This document shows positions 38,274 to 47,304 of a DNA stretch of 64,000 nt, piece by piece (position 1 is the first letter of the stretch; each line of letters begins with the position of its first letter). The stretch is taken from IMG/VR virus record IMGVR_UViG_3300044609_000721. One strand, written 5' to 3'. The translations under genes and the position numbers were made by a program. The notes beneath the pieces are model-generated. The model saw nothing but the letters and a program-made list of their open reading frames with translations. It ran no database searches and was not told the DNA's origin. This stretch comes from a virus.

Positions 38274-38722
38274 CTACGGCCTCCCCATGTGATTTGTGGA
38301 AATGCTTCTTCCACTACTGCTTTGGTGATACGATACTTCTTCTGCAGTTCTTTATCTTTCACTAGACAAAGTAGTTCTGCTTCAGAACTATGAAGACCTT
38401 CTAACAATTGAACGAACATCTGTTCACGCTGAAATTGCTTCAGTTCATTGTTGCCACCTTTGATGTAGTTGTACAGTTTCCTATACTCTTGTTCTAGGAT
38501 TGTATGTTCCGTTCCTGCAGGTGCTTCATTAGGACGATAGGGAACTTCCCCTTCTGGAATCATTGAAATGATACTCTCATCATAATTCCAGATTAGGATA
38601 GAGCGAAGTGCTTGAGTATTATATTGTTGCAGTAGTTTAATTTTCTCTGCTTTAGTCTTAGCATTCGAAACTTTTTGCAGGACTTCAGAAAGCAGCAGTC
38701 GATTACTAGTGTCCATTGACAT
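38270..38722 (-). CDS. Conserved T4-like hypothetical protein
   Basis: LLLSEVLQKVSNAKTKAEK...PEGEVPY...RE.MFVQLLEGLH..EAELL. Confidence 0.7.
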   Translation of the reverse strand: MSMDTSNRLLLSEVLQKVSNAKTKAEKIKLLQQYNTQALRSILIWNYDESIISMIPEGEVPYRPNEAPAGTEHTILEQEYRKLYNYIKGGNNELKQFQREQMFVQLLEGLHSSEAELLCLVKDKELQKKYRITKAVVEEAFPQITWGGRS

Positions 38723-38723
38723 T

Positions 38724-39599
38724 TTAAAATTCTCCGATTTTATCAAGTAAATTAATAAGTTGTTGTTTCACAAAATAACTATACATTTTATTTCGTGGAG
38801 TTTGGGTCACTGAATCAAATGATTCTAGAATTCTTTCTTCGACCTCTACAGGTATATATGAGAAATCAATTAGAGTCAGATTACGCTTATAGTAATTCAT
38901 CTGCTCTTCATTGCAAAATTGTTCTGCTGATAGATTAACAATCCTATCAAGATTCTTTTTCATTAAAGGTTTTTGTCTTTTACCTTCAACGAAAGTATCA
39001 TCGGGAGAAAGATAATTTGGAATACCATCAGACTTATCTCCCTTAAGAACATGCTCAAGAATATATTTCTTGGGATCCATTCCAGAAACAAACTTCTTCA
39101 TCACTGGATTGTACTGCTTAAGCCAAGGATACTTTTGCAATTGAATGAAATCTTTATCTCCAGAAAGAATGAGAACCTTACCAATAGGTTTCATGTCTCG
39201 TTGCAACTTAATATTTTCGTGTGCTTGATATTTGGTTAGGACAGAAATAATATCATCTGCTTCTGCACCATCAACCTCCATAACTTTGTATGGCATGTTC
39301 TCACGAATTTCATCTCTAATCTGATTAAGAATCTCAAAAATAGATCCCCAATTAAAATTAGATTTCTCTCGATCTTTCTTTCGAGTTCCTTTATAGTATG
39401 GGAAATATTCCCTCCTCCAATAATGTTTGGAGTCATAACAAAGGACTAGTTCCCCATACTCCTCACCAAACTTCTGATTATACATCCGAAGAGAGTTGAG
39501 AACCATATGGCGAACTAGTCCCTTATCAAGTTCATTAGATAATTGAATCTGAACCATCAGATTAGAAATCATCACTTGGTTCATATCGATAAGGATCAT
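38724..39599 (-). CDS. rnh: T4-type RNase H (5'-3' exonuclease)
   Basis: MILIDMNQ, D...YWRR, EADDII, ILSGDKDF.QL, GDKSDGIPN. Confidence 0.93.
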   Translation of the reverse strand: MILIDMNQVMISNLMVQIQLSNELDKGLVRHMVLNSLRMYNQKFGEEYGELVLCYDSKHYWRREYFPYYKGTRKKDREKSNFNWGSIFEILNQIRDEIRENMPYKVMEVDGAEADDIISVLTKYQAHENIKLQRDMKPIGKVLILSGDKDFIQLQKYPWLKQYNPVMKKFVSGMDPKKYILEHVLKGDKSDGIPNYLSPDDTFVEGKRQKPLMKKNLDRIVNLSAEQFCNEEQMNYYKRNLTLIDFSYIPVEVEERILESFDSVTQTPRNKMYSYFVKQQLINLLDKIGEF

Positions 39600-39604
39600 G
39601 TCAG

Positions 39605-39847
39605 TTATTCATCTTCCTCATCAAATATATCATCATCGTCCGAGAATGTCAAGTAGGTCAGTTCATCTTGTAGGATACGACCGTCTTCATCTAGCATTTC
39701 TGGATGAATGATGTGCTTAGCGTAACTAGCATTTTGATACCAAGCATCAAATAAATTATTCGAAAACCATCCAAGTACAAAGGCAAGGATGAAAGTACCT
39801 ATCGTCAAAAAGAAAGATACGTATATAAACTCTATATGCTCTAGCAT
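39605..39847 (-). CDS. Hypothetical membrane protein (80 aa)
   Basis: N-terminal TM, HPEMLDEDG motif. Confidence 0.65.
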   Translation of the reverse strand: MLEHIEFIYVSFFLTIGTFILAFVLGWFSNNLFDAWYQNASYAKHIIHPEMLDEDGRILQDELTYLTFSDDDDIFDEEDE

Positions 39848-39918
39848 GGGTTCCTCCTGCTAACGTTTTGGATAATAAAAGAACCCAACCTCCTATCTAA
39901 ACTCAAAACTATTTATTA

Positions 39919-40155
39919 CTAAAGGAGTCCCTTAGATCTAAAGTAGTTAATAGATTCAGTGCATCCACCAAGAAGAAGATCATCATTAATTACTCTAGGA
40001 AAAGTCGAACCTTCTCCGAACTGAGAGTAGAATTGATTGCGGTTAAAGTCTCTATCTAAAATATACTCTGCATAATTCCACCCCTTGGCGTCAAATACTT
40101 GTTTAATCTTGTCGCAATATGGACAACCAGGCTTAGTGTATACAGCAAGTTTCAT
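39919..40155 (-). CDS. nrdC: Glutaredoxin
   Basis: YTKPGCPYC...TFPRV...LGGC. Confidence 0.92.
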   Translation of the reverse strand: MKLAVYTKPGCPYCDKIKQVFDAKGWNYAEYILDRDFNRNQFYSQFGEGSTFPRVINDDLLLGGCTESINYFRSKGLL

Positions 40156-40319
40156 GTCAGTCCCCCTGTCATTTGATTAAAATTGTCTTGCATTTCTTTA
40201 AATGTTTTCTTCTTCAATTCATCGTCATCGATGAATTCATCAAGTACTTTAATGATATCATTAAATGAATCTCGAATCAACTCAACAGTTTCAGATACGT
40301 CTAGTTTATCAGGTTCCAT
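40152..40319 (-). CDS. Small acidic hypothetical protein (55 aa, MEPDKLDV...), not in the ORF track
   Basis: Manual translation; stop overlaps the glutaredoxin ATG. Confidence 0.55.
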   Translation of the reverse strand: MEPDKLDVSETVELIRDSFNDIIKVLDEFIDDDELKKKTFKEMQDNFNQMTGGLT

Positions 40320-40336
40320 ATATTAAAGTACTGAAG

Positions 40337-40410
40337 TCCAGATGGAGGGATTTGAACCCCCGACCGCCCGCTCCCAAAGCGGATGCGCTACCAAACTGCG
40401 CTACATCTGG
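40337..40410 (-). tRNA. trnP: tRNA-Pro(UGG)
   Basis: CCAGATG/CATCTGG acceptor, TCCGC-TT TGG GA-GCGGG. Confidence 0.92.
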
Positions 40411-40498
40411 TGGCGGAGGGGGTGGGATTCGAACCCACGGAGGCTTTCACCTCGCTGGTTTTCAAGACCAGAGCCTTCAACCACTCGACCACCCCTCC
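40411..40498 (-). tRNA. trnS: tRNA-Ser(UGA) with encoded CCA, abutting tRNA-Pro with no spacer
   Basis: GGAGGGG acceptor, CTGGT-CT TGA AA-ACCAG, long variable arm. Confidence 0.93.
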
Positions 40499-40509
40499 TT
40501 ACATACTAT

Positions 40510-40538
40510 ATATTAGTCCATTTCACCGAGTTTGTCAA
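40510..40538 (-). promoter_or_regulatory. Sigma70-like promoter TTGACA-17-TAATAT for the tRNA-Ser/Pro pair
   Basis: -35 at 40533-40538, -10 at 40510-40515. Confidence 0.75.
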
Positions 40539-40833
40539 GGGTCTTGATCTCAAATAAAGAAGACTTATAGTATCTGGAGATCTTTTTAGTCTTTTTCCAC
40601 TTTTCATGTTTAGTGGAATCGGTAGAATGAATTTTCTGAAGTGCTTTCAATTCTTCTAAGGTTTTATAAATTTTTCTATTCAGGACAGCACTATGTCCTT
40701 CATCCTGATTTGGAATATAATTGTCTTGAGGTACAAGACTTTCCACTTCAATCTCGCCTTCTGGGATGCGTTGTTGCATCTCCTCTGGAAGATCTTCGTA
40801 TTTAATTTCAGGCAAATCCATTAAGTTCTCCAT
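40513..40833 (-). CDS. Hypothetical protein (106 aa)
   Basis: ORF coupled to upstream stop. Confidence 0.65.
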   Translation of the reverse strand: MENLMDLPEIKYEDLPEEMQQRIPEGEIEVESLVPQDNYIPNQDEGHSAVLNRKIYKTLEELKALQKIHSTDSTKHEKWKKTKKISRYYKSSLFEIKTLDKLGEMD

Positions 40834-43800
40834 TAAGTACCAGTATTATCTAGATTGTCTTCATAGTATGTTTCACCACCTGGCAAGTTTGCTGGCAGAC
40901 TATAACCATACCTATAACGAATCTGACCATCATCACCTTTTCTTCCAGGTATATCATTTCTGACTTGAGTAACCTTTATCTGGAAGGTGAAATACTGTCC
41001 GCTAATATTAGCAGGTTTATCATATATCGTCAAGTTTCTAGTGAGTCCCCACTCTGGAGAGGTTTTATCCCACCAAGGTTGAGTACCCTCACTTTGTAAT
41101 GGTGGGAATGTACCAGTAACAGTATCGTTTACGGCCCACCCAGCACCCAATCCCCACTTAGGGATTCCTCTCAATCTAATTTTAGTTGACCAAGTATTTC
41201 CAATCTTAACTGGATTCCACCATAGGGCAAGTTCCAATGATTTTGGTTTGTAAATACCATCTCTGTTGATACTATTATTATCTGCTCCTTCATATGTTCC
41301 ATATCTCAATCTCTGTAGATCCAAATCATTCGTGGGATTTGAATCGGTAGATCCCCAAAAATAATGAAAGGGGAACTCTACACCACTCATATCATTTGTC
41401 CAAACACCTTGACCCATCCCAGGAATAGTTACATCATAAGTCGATCCAGAAGAATTGTATAGTGCATATTCATTGCCGTTAAATATGATACTAAATCTAG
41501 TTGGTCTCGATCCACCAAATCCTCCACTACCATGGCGATATGATTCATCATTTGTTCCAGGACGTTGATAACCAGAAATAAATCCTCCTGGTGCTTGATA
41601 AAAATGTTCAACAGTTACTGCTGGATGATTGATAACAAATGTCTTACCAGAAGAACCACCAAAAGCAGTAGAATCACCATTCTGGCAAGATGCAGATCCA
41701 TACTTTAAATCATAAGCAGTAAGTCCAGATCTTCCTCGGCGGCCGCCTCCTCCACCGCCACCAGGACCATCACCAATTCTATGGTCACTACCATACTTAC
41801 CGCAGTACATATCAGTTGACCAAATTTTATTCATGGATGGATTGTAAAGTTCTAAAGCAAGGCCTGCTGGGTTATCTTTCCAGTTATTACCATCTTCACC
41901 ATTATAAAGAAGGAACCTAAACACATATCTTCCAGCAGAAGAATTTGAAAATGTAATTGTATTTGGTACAGAACTTCTAAAGTCTGAGCATGTTCCAATC
42001 AAAGTCCAATTATTAGCTCCATTAAGATCTGCAGGTAGAGTAGAAGGGAATGCTGAATTTGAATTCAGATCTGGATTCCTATCGGGTTCACCATTATAAA
42101 ATCTAGATCCATCAACATATGATGATTGACCTGGATCATACCATGCTGCTCTGTAGATTCCGACTTTATTATCGCACAACACTTTAATTGTGTGAGTTCC
42201 TACAGAAGATAATTCTAAATTTATCCTAACATCTTGATATTGACCTTGTACTGGATCATGATCATTTACCCATACAGACCTTTCTGCCAACCAGTTACTC
42301 CAAGATGGATGATATTTACTTACCGAGTATAGTGGTGGGTTTGAAAATAGTGGTATTGCATCCCTAAGAAATCCATACGATTCATTCGTATTGATATCAG
42401 TTTTTGAAATGTTGTCTCCACTGTACAAATTATTCTGCCAATTACCCCAAGGTGCAGGATCACACCCATCATTAGAGTTGCTACTCTTGACATAAGAATC
42501 TCCACCATCATTCGATCCTTGTGAACTTCTTGTTGCTCCACCTGATCCCACAACTATAGTAAGAGTCGCACCAGGAGTTACAGGTACATCAGAAGTCCAA
42601 GCATATCCACCACCGCCTCCACCACTTCCATGATCATCACCAGTTGGATCTTTAGCACCGCTTCCGCCGCCTCCAATACAAACAACTTCACTCAAAGATG
42701 TAACTCCTACTGGAACAGTCCAAGAATATGATCCTGGTGATGTATATGAAAGTGTACTGCTGCCATACTTAATTCTTACGGCTCCATTTCCACCAGCACC
42801 GCCTGTCCCGCCAGGGGCGCATCCTCCTCCACCGCCGCCATAGGCGCCTCCAGATGCCCCGTTAGCAGTGCTACTGCTGGACCCATTGGATAAGTGGTAC
42901 CCGTCTAGGGAGACCCCGTGGCCTCCTCCACCGCCCTTGGTGGCGATGGTGGCAGTATTCTTGGATTGCCCCGTCTCATATCTCCCGCCTGCACCGCCTC
43001 CATACTTACCTGAAGTTGGATCATCGCTTCCACCATTGCCACCATCATTACCAACTCCAACGTGGACTTTACCAGAAATACCTAATTGATAATCGTCCAA
43101 TCCACCATGACCACCAGTAGAGTAGCATAGAACATTTTTATGTGCATTCGATCCATTTTCCAAGAAAGATAAACATCCTTGGCCTCCACCTCCACCACCT
43201 CCACCAACAGAAGCAATTAACTGACCATTAATATAAAGTTCTGAGGATCCTCCTCCTCCACCTCCACCACCTGAGGCTCCATTTTGCCCCGATGTTCCAC
43301 CTGGAGATCCACCATTAAATGATTTTAATAATTTTTTTTGTTCATTACTGAAATGTATTCCAGGGCGGCCACCTTCTCCAACTACGGCAACTATGGTATT
43401 CGTTATGGATGGATCCAAAGAGATGTTAAATCTCAATAAAGATCCAGTTCCTCCAGAATTATTTCCAGATCCCGAACCACCATTAGATCCCCTATCACCA
43501 CCGCCTGCTCCTCCGCCAGCGCCAATCATAATTACATCCATACTATTAATACCTATAGGTGTAGTATGTTCGTAAATTCCGTGGGCACTATATCTCTGTA
43601 TAGATCCACAGATCAACATTGGTTGAACTTCAATTGGTAAGGTTTTTATTTTTGTATTTACTGGTAATAACCCTCCACATCTCTCAGCAACAATTGAAGG
43701 ATCATCCAAGATATCATCATAATCTTCGGCTGTACATTCACTCATAACCCTAGGATCATAACAAATCCTAGTATTCTCATCAATATCAATACATTCTAGT

Positions 43801-44174
43801 TCCCCAAGTAATCCAGGATCACCTATGGTATCAAGTAAAACTGTTGGTGGAGAATCGATTGCAACTGTAGCAGGAAGATCACTAACAGGATCTTCTGGAC
43901 AATCATAATATTTTCCAGTATCAATCAATCCAGTACCTTCACTGGAAGCAATATCACATATTGGTCCATATGGACCATTAGGAGTATATTTTTGTAAAAC
44001 TGTAACAGACTTACAAAGTGATGCTTTCTTCAAAGATGGTGGTCTGGTAGTAGAAGTGGTAGTATCTTCGACTGAAGATTCGACGATAACTTCTCTTATT
44101 ATAATTTCTGGTGTAGGTTCAGGGATAATGTCACAAATTGGACCATACAACCCATTAGGAAAATAGATTGTCAT
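40833..44174 (-). CDS. Large glycine-rich virion structural/fibre protein (1113 aa)
   Basis: Duplicated PNGxYGPICDI N-terminal motif; several MIGAGGG/CIGGGGSG glycine-rich modules. Confidence 0.72.
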   Translation of the reverse strand: MTIYFPNGLYGPICDIIPEPTPEIIIREVIVESSVEDTTTSTTRPPSLKKASLCKSVTVLQKYTPNGPYGPICDIASSEGTGLIDTGKYYDCPEDPVSDLPATVAIDSPPTVLLDTIGDPGLLGELECIDIDENTRICYDPRVMSECTAEDYDDILDDPSIVAERCGGLLPVNTKIKTLPIEVQPMLICGSIQRYSAHGIYEHTTPIGINSMDVIMIGAGGGAGGGDRGSNGGSGSGNNSGGTGSLLRFNISLDPSITNTIVAVVGEGGRPGIHFSNEQKKLLKSFNGGSPGGTSGQNGASGGGGGGGGSSELYINGQLIASVGGGGGGGGQGCLSFLENGSNAHKNVLCYSTGGHGGLDDYQLGISGKVHVGVGNDGGNGGSDDPTSGKYGGGAGGRYETGQSKNTATIATKGGGGGHGVSLDGYHLSNGSSSSTANGASGGAYGGGGGGCAPGGTGGAGGNGAVRIKYGSSTLSYTSPGSYSWTVPVGVTSLSEVVCIGGGGSGAKDPTGDDHGSGGGGGGYAWTSDVPVTPGATLTIVVGSGGATRSSQGSNDGGDSYVKSSNSNDGCDPAPWGNWQNNLYSGDNISKTDINTNESYGFLRDAIPLFSNPPLYSVSKYHPSWSNWLAERSVWVNDHDPVQGQYQDVRINLELSSVGTHTIKVLCDNKVGIYRAAWYDPGQSSYVDGSRFYNGEPDRNPDLNSNSAFPSTLPADLNGANNWTLIGTCSDFRSSVPNTITFSNSSAGRYVFRFLLYNGEDGNNWKDNPAGLALELYNPSMNKIWSTDMYCGKYGSDHRIGDGPGGGGGGGRRGRSGLTAYDLKYGSASCQNGDSTAFGGSSGKTFVINHPAVTVEHFYQAPGGFISGYQRPGTNDESYRHGSGGFGGSRPTRFSIIFNGNEYALYNSSGSTYDVTIPGMGQGVWTNDMSGVEFPFHYFWGSTDSNPTNDLDLQRLRYGTYEGADNNSINRDGIYKPKSLELALWWNPVKIGNTWSTKIRLRGIPKWGLGAGWAVNDTVTGTFPPLQSEGTQPWWDKTSPEWGLTRNLTIYDKPANISGQYFTFQIKVTQVRNDIPGRKGDDGQIRYRYGYSLPANLPGGETYYEDNLDNTGT

Positions 44175-44226
44175 TACATACGAAAGGTTTTATTTTATTT
44201 AGATAACAATTCAAAACAAAAAAACG

Positions 44227-44234
44227 TATAAATA
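44227..44234 (+). promoter_or_regulatory. Late promoter TATAAATA heading the plus-strand island
   Basis: Exact motif. Confidence 0.75.
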
Positions 44235-44239
44235 ATCTC

Positions 44240-44473
44240 AGGAGGAGAAATCCTTCGGTTAGAGATCAGATGTATTACTAAAAGATTCCAGCAATGGCTC
44301 TTTCATTAATCCTTCACCTCTAATTGAATTACGATTCAATTTTAAATAGAAGTAATCCCAGACGATTCACCTACAATTGTCTGTGGGAGCGATTCGTCTG
44401 GCATTATGTCATGGACGGATTGAATCGTTTTCTCCTCTCCTTAAACACATTCTTTTCCTTAAGGAGAAAACAA
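44240..44473 (+). ncRNA. Candidate ~230-nt multi-stem 5' leader RNA
   Basis: Nested inverted repeats: 44242-44250/44429-44437, 44331-44340/44419-44428, 44358-44365/44394-44401, 44259-44264/44318-44323. Confidence 0.6.
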
Positions 44474-45301
44474 ATGGCAGAACCCGTTTATATGCCCGAT
44501 CCATGGGCAGCACTCGCATCACAGCACTCAGACATCCGTAGAGAAGGTTCTGTAGAGCGTGGCGAGATTCGTTATGACATCGCAACTAAGACTGGCGATG
44601 TTCGTGAAGCAGTTCTCGTTGGAAATTCTGATCTTCGTAGAGAAGGAGCAGTCGGTCTTGGCGAGACTAAGTATGCTATCGCTGCTTCATCAGAAAACAC
44701 CAACCGTGATGTTTTAACTTCTGGTTATCACACACAAGTTAAGGTAGACGAAGCTGCTGATAAGATTCAGCAAAGAGCTACCGACTTCTATATTTCTGGA
44801 CAAGCAAGAGATTTTGATCAGTCCCGTGATCTTGCTGCTCTAAGAGCAGTCACAGACCTCGCTTCTCAAAAACTCAGTTCAGAAATTCTTCTCGCTACTG
44901 AGAAGACTGCTACTGCTGCTGCTCTTGAGTCAGCAAAAGTTGCTGCTGCTGTAGCACTTGGTCAGCATCAACTCAGCAGAGAGATTGCTGAAGGTAAGTA
45001 TGAGACTAGCAAGCAGATTTCTTACGAAAATGAGAAGACTCGTGACCTCATCAATTCACTCAAGAATGATGAACTCAATCGTATGCTGATTGAGCGTAAC
45101 ACCGACCTAAGTGGTTGCCGTCAGGATTACTGGGCTGCCAGAGAGGGTCTGTTCAACAGTCAGTTCGCTGCTCTTTCTTCACAAGTTAATTCTCAGTTCA
45201 ACGCTTTAAACAGCCAAGTAGCTGAGACCCGTCAGGGTATGGTTAACTTCGGAACCATGGCTGGAGTTGGTCAGTCTTCAACCAGCAACGCTGTACGCTG
45301 A
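44474..45301 (+). CDS. Ala-rich helical hypothetical protein (275 aa, start MAEPVYMPD) with internal repeats
   Basis: AAGGAG SD at 44461; repeated SD[IL]RREG...GE.[RK]Y.IA units. Confidence 0.8.
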   Translation: MAEPVYMPDPWAALASQHSDIRREGSVERGEIRYDIATKTGDVREAVLVGNSDLRREGAVGLGETKYAIAASSENTNRDVLTSGYHTQVKVDEAADKIQQRATDFYISGQARDFDQSRDLAALRAVTDLASQKLSSEILLATEKTATAAALESAKVAAAVALGQHQLSREIAEGKYETSKQISYENEKTRDLINSLKNDELNRMLIERNTDLSGCRQDYWAAREGLFNSQFAALSSQVNSQFNALNSQVAETRQGMVNFGTMAGVGQSSTSNAVR

Positions 45302-45321
45302 TTTAGTTCAGTAGTTATCAA

Positions 45322-45347
45322 GGGGGAGACCATCTCCCCCCTTTTTT
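45322..45347 (+). terminator. Intra-operon Rho-independent terminator
   Basis: GGGGGAGA-CCA-TCTCCCCC followed by T6. Confidence 0.85.
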
Positions 45348-45361
45348 AAAGGAGAATAACT

Positions 45362-45982
45362 ATGGACTCAGCAGAAAGAAGACTTATTGACCTTTATAAT
45401 CTCCTCGCTCAATACCAAAGAAATGGAGATTCAGATCTTGCTGGAAATATTCAGACAATACGTACTGAAATAACCCAGATGTTAAATGCCCGTGCTGGTG
45501 GCAATGACAATATTAACATCGTTATAGATGGCGGAGAATGCCCCGATGAATGCCCACCAGGGCCACCAGGACCACCAGGAGAACAAGGTCCACCAGGACC
45601 ACCAGGACCCCAAGGGGAACCAGGGGAGGGAACACCAGGACCACCAGGGGAGCAAGGTCCACCAGGACCGCAGGGACCACCAGGAGAGTGCTCATGCAAA
45701 TGCAAAAGCATCTTGGTTTCATCTGATTATACTGCTACTTGTGATGATTACTACATCGGTGTCAATAGTGACGGACCTGTTACTATTACGTTACCTTCAG
45801 AATGTACCGACTGTTGTGAGATCATTGTAAAGGCAGAGATGGGTCCGCCATTGGGAAATCGTAAAGTTACTGTAACTACTGTTGATGGTAGTTACATTGA
45901 TGGTAAAGACAAATATGTTATGGAAGTACCTTACCAATCGGTCAATGTATTTTGTCGTGGTGGAGATTGGTACATCATCTAA
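45362..45982 (+). CDS. Collagen-like protein (G-X-Y repeats flanked by Cys motifs) with C-terminal beta domain
   Basis: ECPDECPP-(GPP/GEQ/GEP)n-GECSCKCK; C-terminal YTAT.DDYYIGV...VTITLP...RGG.W.II. Confidence 0.85.
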   Translation: MDSAERRLIDLYNLLAQYQRNGDSDLAGNIQTIRTEITQMLNARAGGNDNINIVIDGGECPDECPPGPPGPPGEQGPPGPPGPQGEPGEGTPGPPGEQGPPGPQGPPGECSCKCKSILVSSDYTATCDDYYIGVNSDGPVTITLPSECTDCCEIIVKAEMGPPLGNRKVTVTTVDGSYIDGKDKYVMEVPYQSVNVFCRGGDWYII

Positions 45983-45993
45983 CGGAGTAAACA

Positions 45994-46605
45994 ATGGCAT
46001 ACTTAGCACAACCCACATCAAAAACAGATTATGGAGTGGTTGGAGTTGGAGATTTCATTAATGTTTTTGATGGATTCATTTCATTAGAACAAGATGTATC
46101 TCCTGACGCTTCGGTATCTTTCAATCAAGTTACTATTGATGGAGAGGTTGCTGTAACTTCAGTAACACCTTCTTCTGGTGATGGTATTAAATTAACTGAT
46201 GTTGTTACTACAGGTAACGATACGTCGTTCACCATTTATAACACTGGTGTTCTTTCTTTAACTGCTGGTGATGGTATTAGTATCTCAGACAGTACTGGTT
46301 ATATTACTATCTCTGCTTCTGGTGCTGATTTAATTTCCACTATTGGAGTTACTGGTTCTTATACCGCAACTGCCGATGATGAATACATCGGTGTCTTTAG
46401 TGCATCCGCAGTTACAATCACACTTCCAGTTGGCGTTACTGGTCGTGTTTATATCATCAAAGATGAGTATGGTCAAGGATCTGGAAAGATTACTATCAAA
46501 CCATCTGGGACTGAAAAAATTGATAATAAAGCAGATTACATTATATCTGTACCTAATCAATCAGTATCCGTCGTATTTCGTGGCGGACAATGGAGAATCA
46601 TCTAA
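45994..46605 (+). CDS. Fibre-like protein sharing the C-terminal domain of the collagen protein
   Basis: YTATADDEYIGV...VTITLP...IDNK..YIISVPNQSVSVVFRGGQWRII; GV.SLTAGDGISIS repeats. Confidence 0.8.
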   Translation: MAYLAQPTSKTDYGVVGVGDFINVFDGFISLEQDVSPDASVSFNQVTIDGEVAVTSVTPSSGDGIKLTDVVTTGNDTSFTIYNTGVLSLTAGDGISISDSTGYITISASGADLISTIGVTGSYTATADDEYIGVFSASAVTITLPVGVTGRVYIIKDEYGQGSGKITIKPSGTEKIDNKADYIISVPNQSVSVVFRGGQWRII

Positions 46606-46617
46606 TTTTATAAAACC

Positions 46618-47208
46618 ATGAACTTTAATATCAAACCATCTCTACCAGATGACAGAGATTACATTTATAGAAACGATAGCACTGAAGTTCTCAGAGAATC
46701 TGTAGACCTTCGTGAGTGGGATACTCTACCACAATCCAAAGAATTGATCGAAAACACATTCAATCAAGATGGAATATATTTAAGAGATGGTCTGAAGTCA
46801 CTAAAAAAATTAGGCAAAATTTCTTCCTATCAAAAATTAATTAGCATTTATTATATTACTGAAGTGTTGAATCACAACAAACCAGTTGTATTCGGAATGG
46901 AAATTTATGATAGTTTTATGGATCTGAATGAGCGTATTTCTACTGTAAACTTTCCAGGAAGAAAAGAAAGAAGTATTGGTGGCCATGCTATGTGTATGGT
47001 TGGATATGATATGAGGAAAAGATTATTTTTAGCAAAAAATAATCTTGGAACTAAATGGGGAGACAACGGATACTGTTGGATTCCTTTTGATTACATTAGG
47101 CAGGAAGGATACGACATTTGGACTTTTGATATATCAAATCAAGCAGGAGAACCTAATGTACTACCACAGACCATACCCCTACTACCATCACAGAAGATAT
47201 TGCTATGA
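46618..47208 (+). CDS. Degenerate papain-like (C1A) cysteine peptidase lacking the catalytic Cys segment
   Basis: SVDLREW, GGHAMCMVGYD, KWGDNGYCWIPFDY present; QxxxGSC absent. Confidence 0.75.
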   Translation: MNFNIKPSLPDDRDYIYRNDSTEVLRESVDLREWDTLPQSKELIENTFNQDGIYLRDGLKSLKKLGKISSYQKLISIYYITEVLNHNKPVVFGMEIYDSFMDLNERISTVNFPGRKERSIGGHAMCMVGYDMRKRLFLAKNNLGTKWGDNGYCWIPFDYIRQEGYDIWTFDISNQAGEPNVLPQTIPLLPSQKILL

Positions 47209-47290
47209 CAACTATTATTGGGGTGGTTGCCATCCTTATTACAATAGATATTGGGATTATAACCCATATTATTCTTACTATCCTTACTAA
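47156..47290 (+). CDS. Tyr/His-rich peptide (44 aa, MYYHRPYPYYHHRRYCYDNYYWGG...)
   Basis: AGGAGA SD at 47145-47150, ATG 47156. Confidence 0.7.
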   Translation: MYYHRPYPYYHHRRYCYDNYYWGGCHPYYNRYWDYNPYYSYYPY

Positions 47291-47304
47291 GTAGGAGATT
47301 TAAA

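Noticed and set aside
44324-44473. 50-aa N-terminal extension of the first island gene
   Set aside because: It starts at a non-ATG codon without an SD. The strong AAGGAG/ATG is at 44461-44474, and the region folds as RNA.
45560-45680. caggaccacc-type short repeats as a CRISPR or VNTR
   Set aside because: They are 9-nt-phase codons of the G-P-P collagen repeat, with no spacers or cas genes.
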